This document shows, in pieces, positions 17,707 to 26,235 of a stretch of DNA of 64,000 nt. The notes under the pieces were generated by a model that was not told where the DNA came from, ran no database searches, and worked only from the letters and a program-made list of their open reading frames with translations. Position 1 is the stretch's first letter; every line of letters starts with the position of its first letter. This stretch comes from Candidatus Acidiferrales bacterium (lineage in GTDB: Bacteria > Acidobacteriota > Terriglobia > Acidiferrales > UBA7541): contig DASUAV010000174.1 in assembly GCA_035763605.1 (NCBI GenBank), forward strand, positions 15,994 through 79,993. The letters run 5' to 3'. The position numbers and the translations under genes were made by a program.

Positions 17707-18734
17707 CTCGTGCATGCCGCTCGAGCCGAGATGTGCACCGCGACGGGCAAACCGGTGCACAGCGATTCCTTCGCTTTCTCCGCGAGCCGCAGGGATTTCA
17801 ACGCCTCGCGGCCGTCTACCAGAGGCGTTGCTTCGCCCGTCAAGCATTCAAGCAAATGGCGCATTTCCGATTCGTACATCTCCTCGATGCTTCCGCAATT
17901 CTCCGCTTCGTGCCACCTTCCGACCTGAGCATTGAAATAGCGCGCTTGCCTCGTAAAAACATCCGCCTGAATTCGGCCTTCGGTTCCCACGATTTCGCAC
18001 CATCGCTCCGCCGGACGGCTGACAAAATCCAAATGAATCGAAACAATCTTGTCCGGATAGCTCATCAAGATTTCCGCCGTATCTTCCACATCAATTTCCA
18101 TCTCGCTGAACTTGCCTCCCGCGCAATAGATCTTCTCCGGCTCCCCAAACAGCCGGCAGGCCATGTCCAGTTCATGGATAGCGTCCAAAATCACGCCTCC
18201 CCCAAGTTCGCGCCGCGCTCCGTAGCCGGCGCGATAGTCTTCCCAGGGATGCCGCGAAGGAAGATGCGAACCGAAATGAAAATGCGCGCTGGTGACGTTT
18301 CCGATTCGACGTTCGCAGATCCACGCACGCACATAATTCAGCACGCGATCAAAACGGAAGTTGTATCCGGCAAGCAACAAACGGCCCCGTGCTTCTGCGG
18401 CGTCAATCAACGAATGGACGCCTTCTGCCGAATCTGCAAGCGGCTTTTCGATGAACAAATGGCAATCGCTTTGCAGCGCCCGATCTGCCAGCGTCAGGTG
18501 CATGCTGGTCGGCGCGCAGATGAGCGCAATTTCAGGCTCTTCGGCGAGCGCTCGTTCTGCGCTGTCGAAAAAGTTCCCGCCGCGCTCGTCAGAAAGGGAA
18601 GCGGCGCGTTCGATCTGCGGGTCAACGAGAAGCAAATTCGCTACACCCAGTTTGCGCAGGTTCCGCGCATGTCGCTGCCCAATCGAGCCGCAGCCAATCA
18701 CAGCAATTCTCATTTCATTAAAATCGGGCAGCAT
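17703..18734 (-). CDS. Gfo/Idh/MocA family oxidoreductase
   Basis: ATG 18734 (MLPDFNEMRIAVIGCGSIGQRHARNL) lies 5 nt after the upstream stop. 'LFIEKPLA' EKP motif. Confidence 0.85.
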   Translation of the reverse strand: MLPDFNEMRIAVIGCGSIGQRHARNLRKLGVANLLLVDPQIERAASLSDERGGNFFDSAERALAEEPEIALICAPTSMHLTLADRALQSDCHLFIEKPLADSAEGVHSLIDAAEARGRLLLAGYNFRFDRVLNYVRAWICERRIGNVTSAHFHFGSHLPSRHPWEDYRAGYGARRELGGGVILDAIHELDMACRLFGEPEKIYCAGGKFSEMEIDVEDTAEILMSYPDKIVSIHLDFVSRPAERWCEIVGTEGRIQADVFTRQARYFNAQVGRWHEAENCGSIEEMYESEMRHLLECLTGEATPLVDGREALKSLRLAEKAKESLCTGLPVAVHISARAACTR

Positions 18735-18739
18735 TTCGA

Positions 18740-19786
18740 CTAACGTGCAGCAGCCACGGCTCTCAGAAAAGCCGGTTCGTGCGGCTGCTGATTTTCGGAA
18801 CGAGATTTGAAGCCCAACTGGGCGAGGAGCAAGGCAATCTCGTCGCGTCCGAGCCAATGCGAATTTGTGTTGCTGGCGTACTCGAACGAGTCCACGCACG
18901 GCTCGCCCGAACTCCAGTTCGCCGCGTCCCACCAGCGAAAATCCGGCTGAATCACGAAGAAATCCTCCAGTTCAACCGTGTGTCGCGCGTCATCCCGTGG
19001 AATCATCACTTCGTGCAGCTTTTCGCCCGGCCGTATTCCCACAAATTCGATCGAGCATTCCGGAGCGATTACCTCTGCCAAATCCCGTATCTGCACGCTT
19101 GGAATTTTCGGCACGAAGATTTCGCCGCCGTGCATCTGTTCGAGGCAGCTCATCACAAAACGCGCGCCCTGTTCGAGCGTAATCAGGAAGCGCGTCATTC
19201 GTTTGTCCGTGATCGTTAGCCTTCCCGTTTTTTTCTGTTCCCAAAAATACGGAATCACGCTCCCGCGGCTCCCTGCGACGTTTCCATAGCGCACCACGCT
19301 CATGCGCGTCTTCCGCGCGCCGGCGTAAACGTTGCCGGCAACAAACAGCTTGTCCGAACACAGTTTCGATGCTCCGTACAAATTCACGGGCAGGGCCGCC
19401 TTGTCGGTACTCAACGCAATCACGTGCTGCACCCCGCAATCAATGGCTGCATCAATCACGTTGGCCGCGCCCATAACGTTGGTTTTGATGGCCTCAAACG
19501 GGTTGTATTCTGCGCACGGAACTTGTTTCATCGCCGCGGCATGGATCACGATGTCCACATCATAAAAGGCGCGATAGAGCCGTTCTTTGTCGCGCACGTC
19601 CCCTATGAAGTAGCGAATGTTCGCAGCATCGAACCCTTCCGCTCTCATCGCGAACTGCTTCATCTCATCGCGGCTGAAAATGATGATCTTCTTCGGCCGG
19701 TAATCGGCCATAAGCAGTGAAGTGAGCTGCCTTCCAAAGCTGCCCGTCCCGCCGGTAATCAGAACTGTTTTTTCGCTCCAGCTCAT
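18740..19786 (-). CDS. UDP-sugar 4,6-dehydratase, PseB/FlaA1/CapD-like
   Basis: ATG 19786 (MSWSEKTVLITGGTGSFGRQLTSLL...KKIIIFSRDEMKQ) forms an ATGA overlap with the NusG-like gene. 'VIHAAAMKQVP..EYNP.EAIKTNV.GA.NV' is characteristic of PseB/CapD dehydratases. Confidence 0.85.
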   Translation of the reverse strand: MSWSEKTVLITGGTGSFGRQLTSLLMADYRPKKIIIFSRDEMKQFAMRAEGFDAANIRYFIGDVRDKERLYRAFYDVDIVIHAAAMKQVPCAEYNPFEAIKTNVMGAANVIDAAIDCGVQHVIALSTDKAALPVNLYGASKLCSDKLFVAGNVYAGARKTRMSVVRYGNVAGSRGSVIPYFWEQKKTGRLTITDKRMTRFLITLEQGARFVMSCLEQMHGGEIFVPKIPSVQIRDLAEVIAPECSIEFVGIRPGEKLHEVMIPRDDARHTVELEDFFVIQPDFRWWDAANWSSGEPCVDSFEYASNTNSHWLGRDEIALLLAQLGFKSRSENQQPHEPAFLRAVAAAR

Positions 19787-20385
19787 ACGTTCGCCTGAAT
19801 CTGAGCTGCGTCGCATCCGCGGAGAACTTTCCATTGCTCGCCGCCGTCAATCGGACAGATGTCCTCAGCATCAACGTCCACAACCACCGAGCGCATAATC
19901 AAATCAATCGACAGCACGAGCCGCAAGCCGCCCTTCCTCCTGAGCAAAGTTCCCTCCATTCCCGCGAGAGGCCCGCGCAGAATTCGCAGCTTCTGCCCTT
20001 CGCAGACGTACGGATGCGGCTCCATTTCGATTTGTCCTTGCAGGCCTTTGCGAAGCGCTTCAATATCCGCATCCGCCAGAGGCTCCGGCGTATCGCCGAA
20101 ACCCACCAGACGCGCGACTCCCGGCGCCTGCAAAACTCTCAGCCGTTCTAGGAGCGGCAGGCGAACAAAGACGTATCCCGGAAACAAAGGCAGTTTCAGC
20201 CGCACTCTGCGGTCCTTCCACTGATGAATCGCCTCATACAGTGGCAAAAAGTATTCGACGCCCCGCCCGGCAAGATGTTCAGCCACGCGCTTTTCATGAT
20301 TCGCGCATATATACGCCGCATACCAAAAAGGTCTCAGGCATGCCGCGCTGCGTGATTCAATCGAAATGGATTCAGAGCTGCTCAT
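19783..20385 (-). CDS. NusG/RfaH-like transcription antitermination paralog (NGN + KOW)
   Basis: ATG 20385 is preceded by GAGG at 5-nt spacing. NGN domain: 'WYAAYICANHEKRVAEHLAGRGVEYFLPLYE...LPLFPGYVFVRL'. KOW domain: 'GQKLRILRGPLAGMEGTLL'. Confidence 0.8.
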   Translation of the reverse strand: MSSSESISIESRSAACLRPFWYAAYICANHEKRVAEHLAGRGVEYFLPLYEAIHQWKDRRVRLKLPLFPGYVFVRLPLLERLRVLQAPGVARLVGFGDTPEPLADADIEALRKGLQGQIEMEPHPYVCEGQKLRILRGPLAGMEGTLLRRKGGLRLVLSIDLIMRSVVVDVDAEDICPIDGGEQWKVLRGCDAAQIQANV

Positions 20386-20581
20386 TTCAACCTCGATATC
20401 ACAGCCTTTCGCTTGCACGTTAACTGTCAACCTGCTCGCTTCTACCTTGGGACAAAGCTCCGCCCCGCGACTTACAGCCGCTTTTTCCGCTGAGTGCCTG
20501 AACTGAAAAATCGGCAGCCCAGTGAACGTATCTCTGAGTGCGGCTAAAACTTTCGTCGGCGCTCAATCCACGGAGTGCTCT

Positions 20582-22840
20582 TCACGCGCTCGCATTTTGC
20601 GGCTCGTTCACTTGCTTCCGCGAACGTTCGTAATATCCAGTGCGGTAGTAACCCGCTTCCGCGAGATCAATATCGTTCAGCACCGCGCCGATGATGTGCG
20701 CCCCAACAGCGCCAGCGCAGTCCTGTGCTCTTTGCGCCTGTTCGCGCGAGGTTGCGCCTCCCTTGATCACCAGCACCGTTCCTTCCACCACAGCAGCGAG
20801 AATCCGCCCATCGGTGATATTCAAAAGCGGAGGCGCATCCACCAGAACAAAATCGTAGTCCTTCATGGCATCCTTAATCAGCGCTTCCATGCCTTCAGAG
20901 GAGAGAAGTTCGCCCGGATTAGGCGGCTCTGGGCCGCACATCAGGCAATCGAGGCCTTTTGCAGCCGTCACTTGCACAAGGCGGCGCCACTCTCCCTGTC
21001 CCGAAATACCCGCGAGGTAATTCACCAGCCCGGACGAGCCTGCCAAATGGAAGAAATCCTGCACGCCCGGTCTGCGAATGTCGCCGTCAATCACCAGCAC
21101 TCGCTTGCCAAGCTGCGCGAGCGAAATCGCCAGGTTGCAGCACACCGTCGTCTTGCCTTCGTGAGCTTCGGCGCTGACAAACGCCAGCGAACGCGGCGGC
21201 CTTCCCGCAGTCGAAAGCAGTATTGAAGTGCGCAGCACGCGAAAAGACTCGCGCAGCTCAGACGTATCCATGGCGCCGCTATCAATGCGAAGCCAGCCAT
21301 TTTGCTCTGCTGCTTTGCTCATTTCCGCAGCGCCCGCCTGCGAACGCCTGTTCAATGCCAGCCGCGGCCTCCGCAACCGGTGCTTGCCCGTAGCTCGCTC
21401 TCTGGGAATCAGCCCCAGAATCGGCAACTCCAGCAAATTCGCGACATCCTCCGGGCCTTTCACCGTGTTGTCAATCCGCTCCTGCGCGAATGCAAACAGC
21501 ACGCCCATGAATACGCCCGCCAGCAGCCCGATGCTCAAATTCAGCGGCACCCGCGGACTTACCGGCTTCGCCGGCGCAACCGCCGCATCCACCACGCGCA
21601 CATTGCTGGCTTTCAATCCCGCCGATACACCCGCTTCTTTGAGTCGTTGCAGCAGGCCTTCGTATAACTGTTTGTTCGTGTCCACTTCGCGTTTCAAAAT
21701 GTTGTACTGAACAGCCGCCTGCGCCGACGCGTTCGCTTGCTTCTCCTGCTCGGCGAATGCCTTCTTCACCAAATCCTCACGGTGAACAGCCGCAAAATAC
21801 TGATCGGCAATGTGCCGCTCCGCTTCCGTCCGCTGCTCATTGAGCAATTGCCGCGTACGTTCAATCTGGCTCTGAATCTCCTTCATCTTCGGATAGCCAG
21901 GCTTGAAATCCGGCGTCAACTGCGCTTTTTCCTGCTCCAATTCCGCCACTCGTTCCGAAAGATCCTGCGTCAGCTTGTTATCAAAAACTCCGGGCAAAGC
22001 CGCGTAGTCTCCGGCTTCACTGATCCGGTATATGGACTCCGCCTGGTATCTCTGCGCCTGCGCCTGCGTAAGTTCATCCTGTAATTGCTGCAAGCGCTCG
22101 TTGACAATGTTCTCCGGCTGCCCCTTGTCGTTTTCGAAATACAGCAGCCCATTATTCTCAGCGTATTGCTGCAACTGATCTTCGGATTTTTCCAGCTTGA
22201 TTTTCAGCCCGTCGAGCTGCTGCGAGAGCCATTGCGTCGCGCGTTGCGTCGCGTTCCAGTGAGCCTGTAGATTTTGCTCGATGTAACTGTCCGCAACGCT
22301 GTTCACCACCTGCGCCGCCAGTTGCCGATCTTCCGAATCGAACATCACGCGCACCAGCCGGCTGCGCGGTATTGGAACTACGCTCAACCGCTCTTCGAAT
22401 TTTTGCAGCACGCGCTGCTCGTCTTCGGGCGTGATCTTCCCGTCCACATTGAACTCGCCACCTTTATCCAAATGAAGCCGCTGAATCACCGCGCGCGCCA
22501 CCGCATCGCTTTGCAACAGTTTTTCCTGCGTCTCGATGTAATCATCGGTGAGATTCTCTGCTTGGAACATTTGCTGCAGCGTCGCCACGTCTGTGCTTGG
22601 CTGCTCGATTTCCAGTAGCGCCCTGGCCTCATACTTCGGTCTTTGTTTCACCGTCCACATCAGCACAAAAACGAATACAACCATCGCCGCGGAAATCCCG
22701 CTCCATCGCCTCTTTTGCATGACTCGCCACGCCGCCCGCAGCCACGCCGCTGCATCCGCCGCCTGGCCATGCATCACAAGCGGACGCTGGCGCAAAGCTT
22801 CCGCCTGTCTCACCAGTTGAAGTTGGTTCTCTTTCTCCAT
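20582..22840 (-). CDS. polysaccharide co-polymerase / tyrosine autokinase (Wzc-like, fused chain-length determinant + BY-kinase)
   Basis: 752 aa. N-terminal TM segment, long coiled-coil region, second TM, then kinase Walker A 'EAHEGKTTV', A' 'VLVIDGDIRRP' and B 'DFVLVDAPPLL'. Tyr-rich tail 'GYYRTGYYERS'. The start lies 1 nt after the wza-like stop. Confidence 0.9.
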   Translation of the reverse strand: MEKENQLQLVRQAEALRQRPLVMHGQAADAAAWLRAAWRVMQKRRWSGISAAMVVFVFVLMWTVKQRPKYEARALLEIEQPSTDVATLQQMFQAENLTDDYIETQEKLLQSDAVARAVIQRLHLDKGGEFNVDGKITPEDEQRVLQKFEERLSVVPIPRSRLVRVMFDSEDRQLAAQVVNSVADSYIEQNLQAHWNATQRATQWLSQQLDGLKIKLEKSEDQLQQYAENNGLLYFENDKGQPENIVNERLQQLQDELTQAQAQRYQAESIYRISEAGDYAALPGVFDNKLTQDLSERVAELEQEKAQLTPDFKPGYPKMKEIQSQIERTRQLLNEQRTEAERHIADQYFAAVHREDLVKKAFAEQEKQANASAQAAVQYNILKREVDTNKQLYEGLLQRLKEAGVSAGLKASNVRVVDAAVAPAKPVSPRVPLNLSIGLLAGVFMGVLFAFAQERIDNTVKGPEDVANLLELPILGLIPRERATGKHRLRRPRLALNRRSQAGAAEMSKAAEQNGWLRIDSGAMDTSELRESFRVLRTSILLSTAGRPPRSLAFVSAEAHEGKTTVCCNLAISLAQLGKRVLVIDGDIRRPGVQDFFHLAGSSGLVNYLAGISGQGEWRRLVQVTAAKGLDCLMCGPEPPNPGELLSSEGMEALIKDAMKDYDFVLVDAPPLLNITDGRILAAVVEGTVLVIKGGATSREQAQRAQDCAGAVGAHIIGAVLNDIDLAEAGYYRTGYYERSRKQVNEPQNASA

Positions 22841-22841
22841 G

Positions 22842-23969
22842 CTAGCGCCTGTAAACGATCAGTCCTCCCGTGATGGAAAGCGCCGCCTCTGCCCCGCGAT
22901 AAAATGCCGATTTTCCCGCGCTGTTCGGAATGAATAAAATGTCTTTCGATTGCAGCACAGGATCCGCCGCTTTGCCCTCCAGAATCCGCTTCAAATCGAT
23001 GCGAATTTCCTGTTTCTCTCCGCCGGCCTCAGTGCGAATGATTCGCGCGCCTTTCTGGCTGGACGTGCTGGTCGTCCCCTCCGCCAGCGCCAGCGCCTGC
23101 AGCACCGAGATGTTCTCGTTTGTCCTTAGCAGAAATCCTCCCGGCTTGTGTACCTGTCCAACCACATAGACGATTCCCGCCGGCGGCACTTTCACCACAT
23201 CACCCGGATACACCTCCACATTCGAGGCAGAGCCCGCCGACGTAAGCAGCTCTTTCAAATCAACTTGAAGGGATTTTGGCGCATGTTGCGCGGGACCGAA
23301 TGGCTCATGGTTGGCCGTCAATTCCAGCGAATCATCCTCTGCGGTTCCGTTGCGGCGCATGATTATCACCTTGTCGCCCGCATCATCGGCCAAGCCTTGA
23401 GCCAGCGATAGCACCTGAATCAGGCTTTCCGGTTCCTGCAACTGGTACACGCCCGGCCTTCCCACCGCGCCAAACACGGAAACAGGATGGCTTTGGATCT
23501 CTTTCACGAATACATTTACCTCTGGATCCGTCATGAAAGTTTGGCGGAGAAGTCCTTCGATACGGCTTTCAAGTTCTTCAACGGTTGATCCGAAGGCCTC
23601 CACGTCACCTATCAGCGGCAGCGAAATGGTTCCCTTTGCCGAAACACGCACCGTTCGGTCCAAGTCCGGCGCGTTGTAAACGGAAATTTCGAGCAGGTCA
23701 TTGGGCCCGATAAGGTAATCGCTGGCTGTTTTGGCCAGTGTGCCTTTTTGCGAGGCAAGCTGCTGCAAACGCAAATTGTAATTTTGCGTCGTTACTTCCT
23801 CCGCTGGCCTCGTGGATTGCTGCTGGCCGGGTAATTCACTCCCAAAAGCGAAACTGCCGGTCGCTGAGCAGGCGAGAATCGCCGCAAACGTCAAAAGCAT
23901 GAGAGATAGCCAAAGAATCCGGAACCTGCAGGTGCGGCAGAGCCGAAGCGGCCCTGCGAAAGCACACAT
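22842..23969 (-). CDS. polysaccharide export outer-membrane lipoprotein (Wza/EpsE-like, Poly_export + SLBB)
   Basis: 'YLIGPNDLLEISVYNAPDLDRTVRVSAKGTISLPLIGDVEAFG' is the Poly_export motif, and the SLBB-like 'PGVY.L' recurs. ATG 23969 gives a lipoprotein-type signal (…FAAILAC). The longest ORF extends to 24077, so the start is uncertain. Confidence 0.85.
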   Translation of the reverse strand: MCAFAGPLRLCRTCRFRILWLSLMLLTFAAILACSATGSFAFGSELPGQQQSTRPAEEVTTQNYNLRLQQLASQKGTLAKTASDYLIGPNDLLEISVYNAPDLDRTVRVSAKGTISLPLIGDVEAFGSTVEELESRIEGLLRQTFMTDPEVNVFVKEIQSHPVSVFGAVGRPGVYQLQEPESLIQVLSLAQGLADDAGDKVIIMRRNGTAEDDSLELTANHEPFGPAQHAPKSLQVDLKELLTSAGSASNVEVYPGDVVKVPPAGIVYVVGQVHKPGGFLLRTNENISVLQALALAEGTTSTSSQKGARIIRTEAGGEKQEIRIDLKRILEGKAADPVLQSKDILFIPNSAGKSAFYRGAEAALSITGGLIVYRR

Positions 23970-24077
23970 ACAGCTTCGAGACAGACTTCCAACACGCGTT
24001 TGCTTTTTTCCCACCGTTTCTCCCACAGCCCCGTACAAGTGCAGAAACTCCCCCCGCACTGTACCGTTGCGGGGCAC

Positions 24078-24333
24078 TAATACTTTCTGTGGCGTTTTTT
24101 ATGCAAGCGGCAAATGGCGGCGCAAAGCGACATGTCGCGACAGAAGTGTCATGCGTCTGTGGAAAACTCGGCTAAACCCTTTGTTTTGGTATTGAGACCG
24201 CTCATACGGCCTCTCGTTGGCTGCAGCATTCCACTTCAACTCAATTACTTTATGTTAACTTACATCTATTGTTCCTTACGCTCAAACGGCATAGAATCGC
24301 GACCGTAGCTCTGATTGCTTGGGAGATTTCTCA
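24078..24333. promoter_or_regulatory. divergent control region between the wza-like operon and the HTH membrane regulator
   Basis: Non-coding gap between divergent genes, with an AT-rich stretch around 24230-24290. No promoter consensus could be assigned. Confidence 0.35.
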
Positions 24334-25119
24334 ATGGATTCGCACGCCGAAGCTCATGTTCCTCTTTCTTCTGCTGACCGTCTCGACGGCTGGAAAGTCA
24401 TCGCCGCCTATCTGGGCAAAGATATCCGCACCGTCCAGCGTTACCAAGTTGAGGGCTTTCCTATACACAGGCGGCAGAACGCGAGGCATGGGTCGGTCCA
24501 CGCCTACAAATCCGAGATCGATAAGTGGTGGATCACTAGAGATCCAGCTCTGCGCCAGGAGCGCCCGGAGTTGGGGCGCGTTGCTGCCGTTTCCCGCCTA
24601 AAACGCTACATACGTCCCGCGATCTACCTTGCGGCCGGAATCGTACTCACTTTGTCGGCTCTGACGGCTCGCCAGTTGCTTTTCGGCGACCAACACGAGC
24701 TCGCCAGTCCACCGAACATGCATTCTGTGGTCGCCGTTCTCGAGTTTAGAGGACTGTCGCTGAATTCAGAGGATGGCAGTCTCGCGCAAGACTTCACGCA
24801 AAGAGTGATAAGGAATCTTCAACTCCAGAATCTGCTTCGGGTTATTGATGCCTCCAGTAAGGAAACGCTTTCCGCCACCCCGCCGGATCTGCCACGCCTC
24901 GCAACTACGCTCCACGCGGATCAGGTTTTGTCAGGGACAGTCGCGCGCGAGCACGATGAGCTTCGAATAGCCGCCCAAGTCGTTGATGCGCGAAGCGGAA
25001 AAGTCCTGTGGAGGGCACAGTTCGAGAATCAGGCTTCCGACACAGATTCTCTTGAATCCGGGCTTGCGCATGCTGTTGCAGTCGGAGTGGAGAATGCTCT
25101 GTCTGTGGCGGCTCACTAG
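24334..25119 (+). CDS. membrane-anchored HTH regulator with TolB-N-like periplasmic domain
   Basis: N-terminal 'LDGWKVIAAYLGKDIRTVQRYQVEGFPIHR' (excisionase/MerR-like HTH), one TM segment (AIYLAAGIVLTLSAL), then 'VVAVLEFRGLS...DFTQRVIRNL...VLSGTVARE.DELRIAAQVVDARSGKVLW'. That last pattern occurs in extracytoplasmic domains of many kinases and cyclases. The longest ORF starts at TTG 24319. Confidence 0.65.
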   Translation: MDSHAEAHVPLSSADRLDGWKVIAAYLGKDIRTVQRYQVEGFPIHRRQNARHGSVHAYKSEIDKWWITRDPALRQERPELGRVAAVSRLKRYIRPAIYLAAGIVLTLSALTARQLLFGDQHELASPPNMHSVVAVLEFRGLSLNSEDGSLAQDFTQRVIRNLQLQNLLRVIDASSKETLSATPPDLPRLATTLHADQVLSGTVAREHDELRIAAQVVDARSGKVLWRAQFENQASDTDSLESGLAHAVAVGVENALSVAAH

Positions 25120-25166
25120 CTCGGTCCGTGGCCACGCAGCCGAAAATTGAGCGTGCATCAAAACGC

Positions 25167-26201
25167 TTACAGCGTCTGCGTCACGATCTGCAGCGAGCGC
25201 GGGCGATCGGGATCGAGTCCCTTCACTTCGGCGAGATGCGCGGCGAAAAGCTGGCCGGGGACGATGTAAGGAATGGCGCTGTAGATTTCGTTTCCTTTTC
25301 CCGGCACACGGATGGCGCGCGTGACTCCCGGCAGGCGCGCGTCGCTGGAAGTAATGGCAATGGTTTCCGCATGCAAACCGTCGAGCCGCTTGATTAAAGC
25401 TAATTGTCCGGAAAATGTTTTCCCGGGGGGCGCGAGCAGAATCACCGGAAAATCGCGTTCGATCATGGCAATGGGGCCGTGCAAAAAATCAGCGGAGGAA
25501 AAGCGCTCCGCGACGATGTAGCAGGTCTCCATCAATTTCAGCGAGAGCTCGAACGCGTTGGCATAATTCAGTCCTCGCGCCACGACCGCGCACTGGCGCA
25601 TATAGCGATACCGCTGCACCATTTCTCGGATCTGTTTTTCGAGCTTCAGAGTTTCCTGCACGCGTAGGGCAATTTCCTCGAGCGCGCGCAATTCGATCTG
25701 CCTGCCGAGGGCGAAGGCCAGCAGGTACAAAATCATGAGCTGTCCGGTATAGGTTTTTGTAGCGGCGACGGATCTCTGCTTGTCCGCACGAACGAGAAAC
25801 GTTTCATCCGCCAGGCGCGCCATAGCCGACCGTGCCTCGTTCGTCACCGCAATCGTATACGCGCCCTGCTTCCGAGCATTTTTCAAAACAAGATTAATGT
25901 CTGTGCCCGCGCCCGATTGCGAAATGCCAATGACCAGCGCTCGCCGCAGATCCAGCCGTGCATTGTAAAGCGTGTGAACGGAAGGAGCGCAGAGCGAGAC
26001 TGGGATGCCCGTGGAAATTTCCAGCAGATAGCGGCCAAACAGCGCAGCGTTATCGGACGTGCCGCGCGCGACGAGAACAATCAGCCGGAAATCACGCGAT
26101 GCCGCGAACCTTCTGAACTTTTCGGCGTGAGTTCGTTCCGCCGCGAATGTGCGCCGCAGGGCTTGCGGCTGCTCATGAATCTCCTCGATCATCCGCGACA
26201 T
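25167..26201 (-). CDS. SIS-domain sugar-phosphate isomerase/deaminase (GlmS isomerase-domain-like)
   Basis: ATG 26201 (MSRMIEEIHEQPQALRRTF). Two SIS repeats ('LVARGTSDNAALFG', 'IGISQSGAGTD', 'VARGLNYANAFELSLKLME') and no glutaminase domain. Confidence 0.75.
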   Translation of the reverse strand: MSRMIEEIHEQPQALRRTFAAERTHAEKFRRFAASRDFRLIVLVARGTSDNAALFGRYLLEISTGIPVSLCAPSVHTLYNARLDLRRALVIGISQSGAGTDINLVLKNARKQGAYTIAVTNEARSAMARLADETFLVRADKQRSVAATKTYTGQLMILYLLAFALGRQIELRALEEIALRVQETLKLEKQIREMVQRYRYMRQCAVVARGLNYANAFELSLKLMETCYIVAERFSSADFLHGPIAMIERDFPVILLAPPGKTFSGQLALIKRLDGLHAETIAITSSDARLPGVTRAIRVPGKGNEIYSAIPYIVPGQLFAAHLAEVKGLDPDRPRSLQIVTQTL

Positions 26202-26235
26202 GAGCGCCTCGCTTGTTGAACTTGCCGCGGATATC

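Noticed and set aside
17035-18743. + strand ORFs 17035..17928 (297 aa) and 17733..18743 (336 aa)
   Set aside because: Antisense to the GNAT and Gfo/Idh/MocA genes, which carry clear motifs. No recognisable domains, and an Arg/His-rich composition.
20431-20581. ops/JUMPstart-like element for the NusG paralog
   Set aside because: Only 'GGTAG' (minus strand, 20442..20446) matches the GGCGGTAG core, which is too short to call. No convincing terminator hairpin was seen in the gap either.
24127-24138. Perfect 12-bp palindrome GCGACATGTCGC upstream of the wza-like gene
   Set aside because: Palindromes of this size are expected by chance more than ten times in 64 kb, and I found no second copy. It may even be inside the coding region if the long wza start is used.
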